NCBI GenBank assembly: GCA_964420555.1
Contig: CAYQTT010000005.1
Location: 232,326-296,325, forward strand
DNA length: 64,000 bases
Reading direction: 5' to 3'
Source: an uncultured Lentimicrobiaceae bacterium
GTDB lineage: Bacteria > Bacteroidota > Bacteroidia > Bacteroidales > UBA4417
The notes under the pieces are model-generated. The model was not told the origin of the DNA and ran no database searches. It worked only from the letters and a program-made list of their open reading frames with translations. A program made the position numbers and the translations under genes. Positions 18,877 through 29,013 of the stretch are shown piece by piece; the first letter of the stretch is position 1, and each line of letters begins with the position of its first letter.

Positions 18877-20715
18877 TTATTCCACCGTAACCGATTTCGC
18901 CAGGTTCCTTGGTTGATCGACATTGCAGCCACGGAGCAGTGCTATATGGTATGAAAGTAACTGTAGGGGGATTGTAGCAAGCAAAGGTACCAGCATTTCG
19001 TCGCATTCAGGAATTTCGATACAGTAATCAGCAAGTTCACGTACCTGTTCGTCGCCTTCGGATACGATAGCAATAATTTTGCCTTTACGGGCTTTTACCT
19101 CCATGATATTGCTAACCACTTTTTCGTATTGCCCCTTTCGGGTTGCAATAACAACAACAGGCATTTCTTCGTCGATTAATGCGATAGGTCCGTGTTTCAT
19201 TTCAGCAGCCGGGTAACCTTCGGCATGTATGTATGAAATTTCTTTCAGCTTAAGAGATCCTTCAAGTGCTACCGGAAAATTAATTCCGCGGCCCAGATAA
19301 AGTGCATTTGGTGCATCTTTAAAAATCTTGGCTATCTCTTTCACCTGATCATTGCATTTGAGGGTTTTCTCGATTTTATCAGGTATTGTATTAAATTCGT
19401 GCAACATACGGAAATAGCGCGATGCCGAAATAGTCCCTTTCTTCTCAGCCAGCATTAAAGCAAGTAAAGTGAGTATGGTAACCTGCGAAGTAAATGCTTT
19501 GGTGGATGCAACTCCGATTTCGGGTCCGGCATGCGTATAAGAACCTGCGTGTGTAGCCCGCGGAATCGAGGATCCGACAACATTACAAATTCCTATAATG
19601 GTTGCACCTTTTGATTTGGCCATTTCGATGGCTGCAAGAGTGTCGGCAGTTTCGCCCGACTGCGAAATAGCAATTACAATATCATCTTCATAAATCAAAG
19701 GATTCCGGTACCGGAACTCTGAAGCATATTCCACTTCAACCGGAATTCTGGCCAGTTCTTCAATCAGATACTCTCCCACAATGCCTGCATGCCACGATGT
19801 ACCGCAACCTACTATGATTATGCGACGGGCAGCCAGAAACTTGCGCAGGTAATCCTGAATTCCACCTAAAACTATTATGCCCTGATCCATATGCAAACGT
19901 CCACGCATACTGTCTTTTACGGTCCGCGACTGCTCATAAATTTCTTTGAGCATAAAATGGTCGAAGCCGCCTTTTTCGAGGGCGCTAAGGTTAATTTCGA
20001 GTGTTTGAACGTAAGGTGTTTTTTCGATATCGGCAATGGTACGGATTTTCAACCCTTCGGCCAGGCTAAGTGTTATAACTTCTTCGTCGCCGGGATATAC
20101 TACCTGCCGTGTAAATTCGACAATAGGAGCGGCATCAGAAGCAATAAAATATTCATCGTCGCCAATTCCTACAACCATCGGGCTGCCTTTGCGGGCGGCA
20201 ATCAACAGGTCCGGTTCATCCTGCGAAACAATTACGATAGCATAGGCACCTGTTACCTGAGTAAGCGCAATACGCACTGCTTCGGCAAGTTTTTGCTTTT
20301 CGTGTGTCATGATGTCCTCTATAAGATACATCAGTACTTCGGTATCGGTATCGCTGCGGAAAACATATCCCCTTTGCTGCAATTCCTGTTTCAGGATGCT
20401 GTAATTTTCGATAATACCGTTGTGTATTATAGCCATGGTTTCGTTCGACGAATAATGCGGGTGCGCATTCAAATCGTTTGGTTCGCCATGTGTAGCCCAT
20501 CGGGTGTGAGCTATCCCTATTGTGGCGGTAACTTCGGCACCTTCGAGTAATTGTTCAAGGTCATTAACTTTTCCTTTGGTTTTAAAAACTTTAAGGGAGC
20601 CATTCAGTAAAGCTACTCCGGCACTGTCGTATCCTCTGTATTCTAACCGGTGAAGTCCGCTGAGTAAAATCGGGCATGCTTGTTTTTTTCCTATGTATCC
20701 TACAATTCCGCACAT
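18877..20715 (-). CDS. glmS: Glutamine--fructose-6-phosphate aminotransferase
   Basis: 612 aa. N-terminal nucleophile MCGIVGY, two SIS domains, and C-terminus KSVTVE. Confidence 0.95.
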   Translation of the reverse strand: MCGIVGYIGKKQACPILLSGLHRLEYRGYDSAGVALLNGSLKVFKTKGKVNDLEQLLEGAEVTATIGIAHTRWATHGEPNDLNAHPHYSSNETMAIIHNGIIENYSILKQELQQRGYVFRSDTDTEVLMYLIEDIMTHEKQKLAEAVRIALTQVTGAYAIVIVSQDEPDLLIAARKGSPMVVGIGDDEYFIASDAAPIVEFTRQVVYPGDEEVITLSLAEGLKIRTIADIEKTPYVQTLEINLSALEKGGFDHFMLKEIYEQSRTVKDSMRGRLHMDQGIIVLGGIQDYLRKFLAARRIIIVGCGTSWHAGIVGEYLIEELARIPVEVEYASEFRYRNPLIYEDDIVIAISQSGETADTLAAIEMAKSKGATIIGICNVVGSSIPRATHAGSYTHAGPEIGVASTKAFTSQVTILTLLALMLAEKKGTISASRYFRMLHEFNTIPDKIEKTLKCNDQVKEIAKIFKDAPNALYLGRGINFPVALEGSLKLKEISYIHAEGYPAAEMKHGPIALIDEEMPVVVIATRKGQYEKVVSNIMEVKARKGKIIAIVSEGDEQVRELADYCIEIPECDEMLVPLLATIPLQLLSYHIALLRGCNVDQPRNLAKSVTVE

Positions 20716-21121
20716 AATTTTTTAATATAGGGGTTGATCAACTTTTAATCAAATAGTAATAACTTATTAAAGCGTTTTGTTAATTGAACACACAAAAATA
20801 CTAAATGTTGCAATACAGTTGAGAAGTGAAAGTTGTTTTAAAACACAATCTTCTTTCAACTGAAGCATAACTTAGTAATGTGTGATGAACTATCCGGTGA
20901 CTGTTAACATGTGATGTGGAATAATCCATCAAATAATCCGCTATTCCCCGTAAGCAATAATCTTGCCGTATCAGGTTTTATTCGTGCCTGACCCTGATAA
21001 TACTGGTATTCAGTATTAACGCATCATAATGCTTCAGAAACGGATGTCCCATTAAGGCACCGTTTTCCTTTTACTGAAAGGGTAATTAAAAAAAGAAAAA
21101 AATGATACTTTCGAAAACTAA

Positions 21122-22441
21122 CTACTTGACCCTTGAATAGCGCAGGTAGAGTTTAAGGTCGGATTGGGGTGATGAAGTGCCGTTTAATACCAGCCGTGTG
21201 CCAACATACGAAGCACTTGGGATAATAAGGTGCAATCCGTTGTTGTTGGCTTTACCGGTCAGTATCTGTTGAATATGCCGTGTAAGCCTGAAACGATATG
21301 AATTACTGCTGGCATTGTATTTCCCGTCAAAATAAGTTTCACCTTCATCTTCGTCGGCAATAGCAAAAGGACTTGTTGTGCCACCTTCGCCAACTCCACG
21401 TACTGTAATTGTTGAGGGTTTGGTAAAAACATCCGAAACAGAGGCATTGCCCAGTATTAATTGAGCATCGTTTATCAGGACTTTTTCTGATTCGAACCAC
21501 TTGCTGAGATAAGGGAATTCGACTTTAATTTTTATGCCTCCCATACCTTGTGCAAATAGGAATTGCTGCCCTAACGAAATATTTCCTTCAAGTTGCTGTT
21601 TCAGCATGGGTATAGCCTCGGCATATCCATGATGGTCATAATTCTGGAACATGGAACAGGCGGAGGAAATAGCAAAACTGTAGTTAAGCGTATCTTCTGT
21701 ATTATGATAATACATTACAATCCGGCTGTAATCGGTAGGCATATTGAACGTGATAATCGCACCTTTACCCTGCGTGTTCTGTGGTTCGGCAACAACACAT
21801 ATCCCTTTGAAGAATTTTACAAATTCTGTGTTATTGTTAAGATAAGTTGTGTCTTCAGCATTCAGGATGTAGTTTCCAAAATTCGCATTGATTGGGATGC
21901 GCAGAAACGGCGCATGTTTGCTGCCATCGTAAAACGAACTGTCACTGGGCTTTGGCTGGAAGGTAATTTCGCCTAAGGGCTTTGAAACATCGTAGCTTAA
22001 TGTATTGTTTGAATAATATTTCAGTGAGTCAACAATATCCTCAGTGAGGGCATAAACCCGAAATGTCATATTGCTGAGCGTATCTCCGTAAGAGCTTTTA
22101 TAAGGGAGGTAAAAATAGGCCGAATCAAATACAGGATTAGTCCCAAACCTCACTCTTGTGGTAGTAATAAATACCTGGCTATAGAAATTGGCGGTGGTAC
22201 GTCCGAAAATAGGGTCGTACATACTTCCGATCTGTGCATACGTAAGGTTGCTTGTAAGCACTGAGTCCTCAGGAATTGAATACGCATTTATCTGCACAGT
22301 GTCAGTATATCCCATGCTCAGCAAATCGAGGGGATCGAGCAGGTCAAGACCAATGGGCGAAAGTTCTTTGGTACAAGAGGACAGCAATAGGGAAAGCAAC
22401 ACTGAAAATGTCAACCGACGGAGAAAGACTAGCCTTTTCAA
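21122..22441 (-). CDS. DUF4270-type lipoprotein
   Basis: 439 aa with a lipoprotein signal (LLLSSC). Its position directly downstream of the short glycogen-synthase-like gene and next to glmS is the usual Bacteroidota arrangement. Confidence 0.55.
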   Translation of the reverse strand: MKRLVFLRRLTFSVLLSLLLSSCTKELSPIGLDLLDPLDLLSMGYTDTVQINAYSIPEDSVLTSNLTYAQIGSMYDPIFGRTTANFYSQVFITTTRVRFGTNPVFDSAYFYLPYKSSYGDTLSNMTFRVYALTEDIVDSLKYYSNNTLSYDVSKPLGEITFQPKPSDSSFYDGSKHAPFLRIPINANFGNYILNAEDTTYLNNNTEFVKFFKGICVVAEPQNTQGKGAIITFNMPTDYSRIVMYYHNTEDTLNYSFAISSACSMFQNYDHHGYAEAIPMLKQQLEGNISLGQQFLFAQGMGGIKIKVEFPYLSKWFESEKVLINDAQLILGNASVSDVFTKPSTITVRGVGEGGTTSPFAIADEDEGETYFDGKYNASSNSYRFRLTRHIQQILTGKANNNGLHLIIPSASYVGTRLVLNGTSSPQSDLKLYLRYSRVK

Positions 22442-22489
22442 GGATTATATTTTTTTAAATTATTGTAAATTACAGGACAGGAAATGTAC

Positions 22490-23302
22490 TTATTTGCTTT
22501 GTAAAACCTTTTCGTAGAAATCGTTATACACAGAGATGTAATTGTCTTCGCTTTGCAACGGCAGAACAAGTTTGCCCGACTGCTCGATATATTCAGCCAG
22601 TTCGGCGTTAATCTGCTGGCTTGCAATTATAACCCCATCAGCAAGATCAACTGATGCTTTCATCAGGCTTACGTAATCGGGTTTTTTAAAGTGTTTGAGG
22701 TCTTTTAAAGCAATGTTTTCGTGTTTAAGTTTAGCCTGAAGGTTAGCGTGCAAAGGCTCGGTAAAATCATCGTCATAAATTGATAAAACTACCTTAGCTC
22801 CTGAAAACAAAGGGTTTTCGTGATAAACTTTTTTTACATAGAGAGGTGTGAGTGCCGACATCCAGCCATGGCAGTGTACAATATCAGGACTCCAGCCAAG
22901 TTTTTTTACTGTTTCGAGAACTCCCCGTGCAAAGAAAATAGCCCGCTCGTCGTTATCCTCAAAAAATGCATTGTTCTTGTCGCGGTATACGTATTTACGG
23001 TGGAAATAGTCTTCGTTGTCAATGAAATAAATCTGCATCCGGGCTTGCTGAATGGATGCAACTTTGATAATAAGTGAATGGTCGGTATCGTCGATAATCA
23101 GGTTCATACCCGAAAGACGTATTACTTCATGAAGTTGGTTTCTGCGTTCGTTTATGTTGCCAAAACGTGGCATGAAAGTACGGATTTCACGTCCTCTTTC
23201 CTGGATTCCTTGCGGTAAATGCCTCGAAATAAGCCCCATAGGACTGTCTTTCATAAAAGGGGTAATATCCTGTGTTACAAATAGAATTTTTGTTTTCTCC
23301 AT
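22490..23302 (-). CDS. Short glycogen/starch-synthase-like protein (GT5 N-terminal domain only)
   Basis: KILFVTQDITPF, HCHGWMSAL and similar blocks are present. Start re-called to MEKTKILF because a TAACTTTG box lies at 23330-23337. Confidence 0.7.
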   Translation of the reverse strand: MEKTKILFVTQDITPFMKDSPMGLISRHLPQGIQERGREIRTFMPRFGNINERRNQLHEVIRLSGMNLIIDDTDHSLIIKVASIQQARMQIYFIDNEDYFHRKYVYRDKNNAFFEDNDERAIFFARGVLETVKKLGWSPDIVHCHGWMSALTPLYVKKVYHENPLFSGAKVVLSIYDDDFTEPLHANLQAKLKHENIALKDLKHFKKPDYVSLMKASVDLADGVIIASQQINAELAEYIEQSGKLVLPLQSEDNYISVYNDFYEKVLQSK

Positions 23303-23329
23303 GGTAAGCAACTCACTTGATTGGGAATG

Positions 23330-23337
23330 CAAAGTTA
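23330..23337 (-). promoter_or_regulatory. -7 box TAACTTTG
   Basis: Exact motif match 27 nt upstream of the ATG at 23302. Confidence 0.45.
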
Positions 23338-23806
23338 GTAAATTAATTGGTACTGAACCAATAACAGCTCTAGTGCATAACCATTAATTTGAATTGATCA
23401 CCAATACTTCACACCTTTGAGAAACCGTAAACTGACTGTTAAAAATGGGCTTAAAGGCCTGTTAACGGAGCTTTTGAGTGATTTTTTCAGTCATTTCTTT
23501 TCCACTGTTAATATTTCATAAATCGGTATTCATTGTATTTTTTAATTGTTCATCAAATATTAACCGGGTCAGTCATCAGCATGAATTGAAGTAATTGAAT
23601 TAATAATCTAAAGTGGTTTTAGTTGCAAAGCGTGTTTTGATGAACATAATGATCTTTTTGAGAAATCAACTAATCAATTGAAGTTGAGAAAAATTAATCC
23701 CGGAATACCTGTCGATTTGCTGCTAAAGCCATCAACCTGCACTCCGGGATTAGAAATCTCAGGAAAAATATTTGTTATCATTCAGCCCTCTGACGAGAGC
23801 AGATCA

Positions 23807-25108
23807 TCAGAATACCATTATTTTCTTGTTAAGTTTCGATATTCCGGCATCAACCACAATGATATAAACACCTGGTTTAACCTGCTGATTAATCTGATAA
23901 GTGCCTTGCCCGGGAATGGATGTATTCACTAAAAGCCGTCCTGAAAGGTCAAGAAGCCGCACATTAGCCTGGCTGGCAGTTGTATTCATGATCACTGAAA
24001 TGTAACCGTTAGTTCCGGAAGTAACCACCCTGATACCTGAAGCATCTTCATCGATACCGGTAGTATTGAGCACCTGTGTTGTTTTAACAGGCGATGATAT
24101 GCTTTCGCCGCAGGAATTGGTGCCTTTTACTGAAATTACGGCATTCCCTATAAACCCGGTGTTCCAGGTTACCTGCGCATTTGCGGTTGTACCCGAAATG
24201 GTACCGGCTGCAGGAGGATCGAGCTGCCACACATACGAATCGGCTCCGGTGGATGTTGAATAGTCGCTTGTAAGAGTATTCTGAACATTAACCTGATCCG
24301 GCCCGTCGGGCATTGATGGCATGGAAGGAACTGTTTTTACGGTAACCTGCAGACTGCTTGGTGCTCCGTTGCCGCCTGCATTGGTACCATAAACGCTCAT
24401 GTTACCCGAATTTGACGAAATTCCGAACGAAACGTTTACCGTTGTAGTGCCTTGGCCGCTGGTAATAGTAGCTCCGGCCGGTGCTGACCATACATAACTG
24501 GTTGCACCTGCAATGGCTCCTACCGAGTAAGTTTCGGAATTATTTTTGCACACTGATGAAGGTCCGGAAATAGGTCCGGCAGCTCCAGGTGCCGAAACAG
24601 CTTCCTGAACAGTTAAGGTACTAAGCGTAACCGGTCCTGGTTTATCGCGTGCAAAAGCACCATAAAAAGTTACAGCACCACTTCCAGCTGCTGGTGCAAT
24701 CCATCCAAAAGTCCAGGTATTGGTGGTAGTATTGGCATTGGTATGGGTAATGTATTTTGTGCCTCCACCTACAAGTTGACTTCCTGATCCTGCAACAAGG
24801 GTTCCTTTTTGAGCTCCGGCGGCATTTTGAGGTGAAACTTCAAAACCCATTTTACCGGTATTGGTAAGCGGATTAGTAGCAGTAATCTGGTAGGTTGTGC
24901 CAGGTACATAGCCTGTGGGTGGTATATTGGAGGTTATCTGTCCGGCAGTTGTGGTTGCTGTACCTCCGTGGCATTCGGTACAGTTGGCTCCATCGCCAGG
25001 GGAACCGGTTTTGCCGGCCGGAGCTCCTGTCGGGTACATTACTGTATATCCGCTTGATAATACTACAGCTGCAAGTGCTATGATCCAGGGTAAATGTTTA
25101 ACTCTCAT
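23807..25108 (-). CDS. T9SS-secreted protein: N-terminal CXXCH-containing domain, two PKD-like domains and a C-terminal sorting domain
   Basis: Signal peptide, then GSPGDGANCTECHGG (CXXCH at nt 24968-24982). Two repeats of the C-x-N..Y..V.....Y.W..P.GA.I.SG.GT..V.V.F type follow. The C-terminal domain ends KLNKKIMVF. Confidence 0.65.
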   Translation of the reverse strand: MRVKHLPWIIALAAVVLSSGYTVMYPTGAPAGKTGSPGDGANCTECHGGTATTTAGQITSNIPPTGYVPGTTYQITATNPLTNTGKMGFEVSPQNAAGAQKGTLVAGSGSQLVGGGTKYITHTNANTTTNTWTFGWIAPAAGSGAVTFYGAFARDKPGPVTLSTLTVQEAVSAPGAAGPISGPSSVCKNNSETYSVGAIAGATSYVWSAPAGATITSGQGTTTVNVSFGISSNSGNMSVYGTNAGGNGAPSSLQVTVKTVPSMPSMPDGPDQVNVQNTLTSDYSTSTGADSYVWQLDPPAAGTISGTTANAQVTWNTGFIGNAVISVKGTNSCGESISSPVKTTQVLNTTGIDEDASGIRVVTSGTNGYISVIMNTTASQANVRLLDLSGRLLVNTSIPGQGTYQINQQVKPGVYIIVVDAGISKLNKKIMVF

Positions 25109-25508
25109 AATTTTAATTGTTTAATTAATAATTGATTAGAAGTTCTGTTGAATCAGGAATCATTTCTGACCCCAAATGTATGTGTAACTAATTCTCTGGG
25201 AAAAAGACCGGAGACAAACAGGAAAAAAAAGTGTTTGAATGAGTTATTATCGTGGATGAACCAGAAATGGCAGTTGAAACGGAATAGAGATTCTAGAACC
25301 GGATTGATTTATAACAGACTTTCGGTTACTTTGTTTAAAACAAGTAGTGCATTTACTTTGGCGATTAGTCACAGAAGGCTTAAACACAACATTTCAAAAT
25401 CCGGCTTTAGCTCGTGACCGGTTATTATTCCAATGATGATTATTTCAGGATATCTAAAAAAATTAGCCCAAAACTTAATTGATTGCGTCCCACAAAACAG
25501 CAACCGGC

Positions 25509-25545
25509 AAAAAAAAGGTGGCAGCGGAATAAACCGTGCCACCTT
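25509..25545 (-). terminator. Rho-independent terminator of the efflux operon
   Basis: AAGGTGGCA / TGCCACCTT stem of 9 bp followed by U8 on the minus strand, 20 nt after the RND stop. Confidence 0.7.
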
Positions 25546-25564
25546 AAAGCATCCATATTTAAAT

Positions 25565-28500
25565 TTAGTCGTTTTCCACAATCATTTTATTGGATTTTCT
25601 CCTTTTCAGCCTGATTTTCATTTCATAAGCAATAATGTACATTGCAGGAACAAACAACAAGGTGAGGAAAGTAGCGAAACTGAGTCCGAAAATAATTGTC
25701 CAGCTAAGTGGTCCCCAGAACATTACATTGTCGCCCCCGATGTGTACCTGAGGATTAAGCTGGGTAAACATAGTAACAAAGTTCAGGTTGAACCCGACGG
25801 CCAGAGGCACAAGTCCTAAAATGGTTGCCGTTGCTGTAAGGATTACAGGTGTTATACGTGTTAATCCGGCCTGAACAATGGCTTCGCGGGTTTTCATTCC
25901 ACGCTCTTTCAGTGTGTCGATAAACTCTACAATCAATATTCCGTTTCGCACCACAATACCTCCGAGTGCCACAATTCCCAGACCGGTCATAATGATTGAA
26001 ATTGACATGTTGAAGATCACAATCCCTAAAAGTACTCCGATTACACTGAAAATAACCTCACTAAGGATAATAAGCGTTTTACTCATCGAGTTAAACTGCG
26101 TGATTAAGATAAAGAATATCAGGCCGATAGCAATAAGCATCGCTTTGCCAAGGAAGGCTGAAGTTTCTGCCTGGTCTTCCTGTTCACCGGTGAGTTTTAT
26201 CTGAACTCCATCATGAAGCGGGTAGTCGGCAGCCAGTTTTTTTATCTGGGCAACAATCTCATTGGCAGTATAACCTGTCATAACACCGCTCGATAAAGTA
26301 ATAATCCTTTTCAGGTTCTGACGTTTGATACCGCCATATGAATCTACGTAATCGATGGTAGCAACTGACGAGAGCGGTATCTGCCTTAAAAGACCGGAAT
26401 TCATATCGCGGTAAGTAATTTTCAGGTTGATAAGCTTGTTGATATTTTCGCGGGTATCAACTGAATACCTGAGCTGAATCGGGAATTCGTCCTCATCCAT
26501 TTTATATTTGGATATTTCTTTACCTAAAACGGCTGTACGTATTTCCATGGCGATTTGTCCTGTGCTGATACCTTCGTGGTTAGCACGTTCGCGATCGATG
26601 TTGATGGCAATCTCAGGTTTGTTTTCCTGGAAATCGCTCTTCAGGTCTTCGACACCCGGAATCTGAAGCGAATCGAGGTAATTTTTAAAAGCGCCTGCAT
26701 CAGCAATCAAATCCGGCAGGTTCTCACCGGTAATTTCAATGTTAACCGGTTTGCCGGTAGGTGGTCCAGCCCGGTTTTTATCCGTGGATATTTCGGCACC
26801 TGGAATTCCTTTTGTTTCCTTGCGGATCATATCGAGGTATTCGGTAGTGTTTCGACCGATTCGGTTTTTATATTCCACAAAGTTAACGGTAACCTTACCT
26901 TTTTCTGCAGCAACATTACGGCTGAAGTCCATATCATCACCGGCTCCCAGCGCAACATTGGTAATTACCGATTCGACATCAGGATTGTTTTTGCCAAGGA
27001 CTTTTAGTACCCGTTGTTCCACAATTTTGGTAATCGAATCAGTAACTATCTGATCAGTTCCAATAGGCATCTGCACCATTACATTTATAGCATTGGGCAT
27101 GTTGTCAGGGAAAAACAATACTTTAGGACTGCGGATACCCGTTGCTACAAAAGTGAGAATAAGCAAAGCAACTACACCAGTGAGCAGATACCATGGATTT
27201 CTTCCATTTAAAATGAATCGCAGCTGCTTTTCGTAAACATGCATAAACCATGGCCATGCTGTTTCCTGCCACCATTTGATATAGGGTTTCAATAAAGTGT
27301 GGAAAATAACCACAAGAATTGCAGCAAAAACCATAAAATTAGCTATACCAAAAGCTGTTTCGCTATGATTCGCAGCATAAAAAGCATAACTGATAAGGGC
27401 TAAAACAAGTGCAGTTCCGGCTTCGATAAACATGCGCTTCCGGAATTTCTTTTTATCGGGTACATCAAATTCGTGTTTCATAAACGAAACCGCAAATACA
27501 GGGTTGATAATGTAGGCTACAAAAAGGGATGCAAACAGCGTAATAATAAGCGTTACAGGAATGTAAAACATAAATTCACCTACAATTCCCGGCCAGAAAG
27601 CAAGTGGAAAGAATGGCGCCAGCGTTGTGAGCGTACCCGACAGAATAGGTAAAAATACCTCCCCGGCCGCTTGCTTTGCCGCAATTTTAATATCAGGTTG
27701 AAACTGATGCGTTCGGTGAATATTTTCAATTACCACAATGGCATCGTCAACCACAATTCCAAGGGCAAAAATCAACCCGAACATAACGATCATGTTCATG
27801 GTAAATCCGAGTGCCGGCATCACCATAAATGCAATTGCCATTGAAAGCGGAACGGCAAGTCCGACAAAAAATGCATTGGTTATCCCCATGAAGAACATCA
27901 GTACGAGTGTAACCAGTATCATACCAATAATAATGGTATTGTTAAGTTCTTCGAGTGTGTTACGTGTGTATCGCGACTGCTCGCCCGACAAAGTTACTTT
28001 GAGATCTTTAGGGAATTCTTTGTTGACGAGGTCTTCATCAAGGATTTTCTTGATGTTATCCGAAGCTTCGAGCAGGTTTTTACCACTTTTCTTAACAACG
28101 TTCAGTGTAATTACATTTTCTCCGTTCAGGCGCGAAAAGCTTTCCTGTTCTTTAAAAGTATCCTTTATTTCAGCTACATCTTTGAGGTAAACCGTAGCAC
28201 CACTGGCCGATTTAATAAGTATGTTACCCATCACATCGAGGTTCGTAAATTGTCCCTGAACACGAATGGATCGCTTCATCCCGAATGAACTAATATTTCC
28301 GGCCGAAACAGTAATATTTTCAGAAGCAACCGCACGTTCAATATCTGTTAAGGTTACACTCGAAGCCTGGGCTTTATAAATATCCACGTTGATCTGGATT
28401 TCGCGTTCGAGTGCCCCGACAATATCAACACGTGTGATTTCGTTAAGTGATTCAATGCGGTCCTGCGCTATTTCGGCATATCTTTTCAGCTGATCCAGGT

Positions 28501-28966
28501 CATAATTACCTGAAACCTGGATAAACATAATAGGGATTTCAGAGAAATCGATATCATTTACCAGTGGATCAGCAGGCAGGTTGTTGGGAAGATCGGACAT
28601 ACTTTTATCAACCGCATCCTTCACCCTTTGCTTGGCTTCGGGAACGGCAACATCAGTATTAAATTCGATGGCAATTGACGATATATCCTGCAGAGAGTTG
28701 CTGGTGATTTTCTTAACGCCGTTAATGCCCTTCAGCTGTTTTTCGATAGGACGGGTAACAAGGTTTTCCATGTCCTCGGGTGAAGTACCCGGGTATGGAG
28801 TGTTTACTAAAATTGTAGGAATTACAATCTCAGGAAACTGCTCCTTAGGGATGCTGTTGTAGCTGCTGATACCCAGCAATGAGATAAAAACAGCCAGAAC
28901 ATAAATACTGGTTTTGTTATCAATAGCCCAACTGGTAGCAAAAAACTCTTTGAAATTATTTTTCAT
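25565..28966 (-). CDS. RND efflux transporter permease (AcrB/HAE1 type)
   Basis: 1133 aa with 12-TM, two-large-loop architecture and typical AcrB blocks (VDDAIVVIENI, GIVVRNGILIVEF). Confidence 0.9.
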   Translation of the reverse strand: MKNNFKEFFATSWAIDNKTSIYVLAVFISLLGISSYNSIPKEQFPEIVIPTILVNTPYPGTSPEDMENLVTRPIEKQLKGINGVKKITSNSLQDISSIAIEFNTDVAVPEAKQRVKDAVDKSMSDLPNNLPADPLVNDIDFSEIPIMFIQVSGNYDLDQLKRYAEIAQDRIESLNEITRVDIVGALEREIQINVDIYKAQASSVTLTDIERAVASENITVSAGNISSFGMKRSIRVQGQFTNLDVMGNILIKSASGATVYLKDVAEIKDTFKEQESFSRLNGENVITLNVVKKSGKNLLEASDNIKKILDEDLVNKEFPKDLKVTLSGEQSRYTRNTLEELNNTIIIGMILVTLVLMFFMGITNAFFVGLAVPLSMAIAFMVMPALGFTMNMIVMFGLIFALGIVVDDAIVVIENIHRTHQFQPDIKIAAKQAAGEVFLPILSGTLTTLAPFFPLAFWPGIVGEFMFYIPVTLIITLFASLFVAYIINPVFAVSFMKHEFDVPDKKKFRKRMFIEAGTALVLALISYAFYAANHSETAFGIANFMVFAAILVVIFHTLLKPYIKWWQETAWPWFMHVYEKQLRFILNGRNPWYLLTGVVALLILTFVATGIRSPKVLFFPDNMPNAINVMVQMPIGTDQIVTDSITKIVEQRVLKVLGKNNPDVESVITNVALGAGDDMDFSRNVAAEKGKVTVNFVEYKNRIGRNTTEYLDMIRKETKGIPGAEISTDKNRAGPPTGKPVNIEITGENLPDLIADAGAFKNYLDSLQIPGVEDLKSDFQENKPEIAINIDRERANHEGISTGQIAMEIRTAVLGKEISKYKMDEDEFPIQLRYSVDTRENINKLINLKITYRDMNSGLLRQIPLSSVATIDYVDSYGGIKRQNLKRIITLSSGVMTGYTANEIVAQIKKLAADYPLHDGVQIKLTGEQEDQAETSAFLGKAMLIAIGLIFFILITQFNSMSKTLIILSEVIFSVIGVLLGIVIFNMSISIIMTGLGIVALGGIVVRNGILIVEFIDTLKERGMKTREAIVQAGLTRITPVILTATATILGLVPLAVGFNLNFVTMFTQLNPQVHIGGDNVMFWGPLSWTIIFGLSFATFLTLLFVPAMYIIAYEMKIRLKRRKSNKMIVEND

Positions 28967-29013
28967 AGTATGATTTCTATATTATTTGAACAGGGCAAAG
29001 TACCCGTTTCGCA

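Noticed and set aside
12528-20550. Many long ORFs antisense to or overlapping well-supported genes, for example 12528-13031(+), 13621-13980(+), 14801-15175(+), 15389-15916(+) and 19891-20550(+). Similar ones lie inside the RND, tnaA, 5S-carboxyltransferase and S46 genes.
   Set aside because: Each lies wholly inside a gene with strong family motifs on the other strand or in another frame. Their translations are low-complexity or Cys/Arg/Ser-rich with no motifs, as expected from antisense frames.
20716-21121. glmS ribozyme or another leader RNA in the 406-nt region upstream of glmS.
   Set aside because: I could not recognise any of the conserved glmS ribozyme core segments. Only one weak imperfect hairpin (about 20817-20863) is present. 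The ribozyme is not expected in this phylum.
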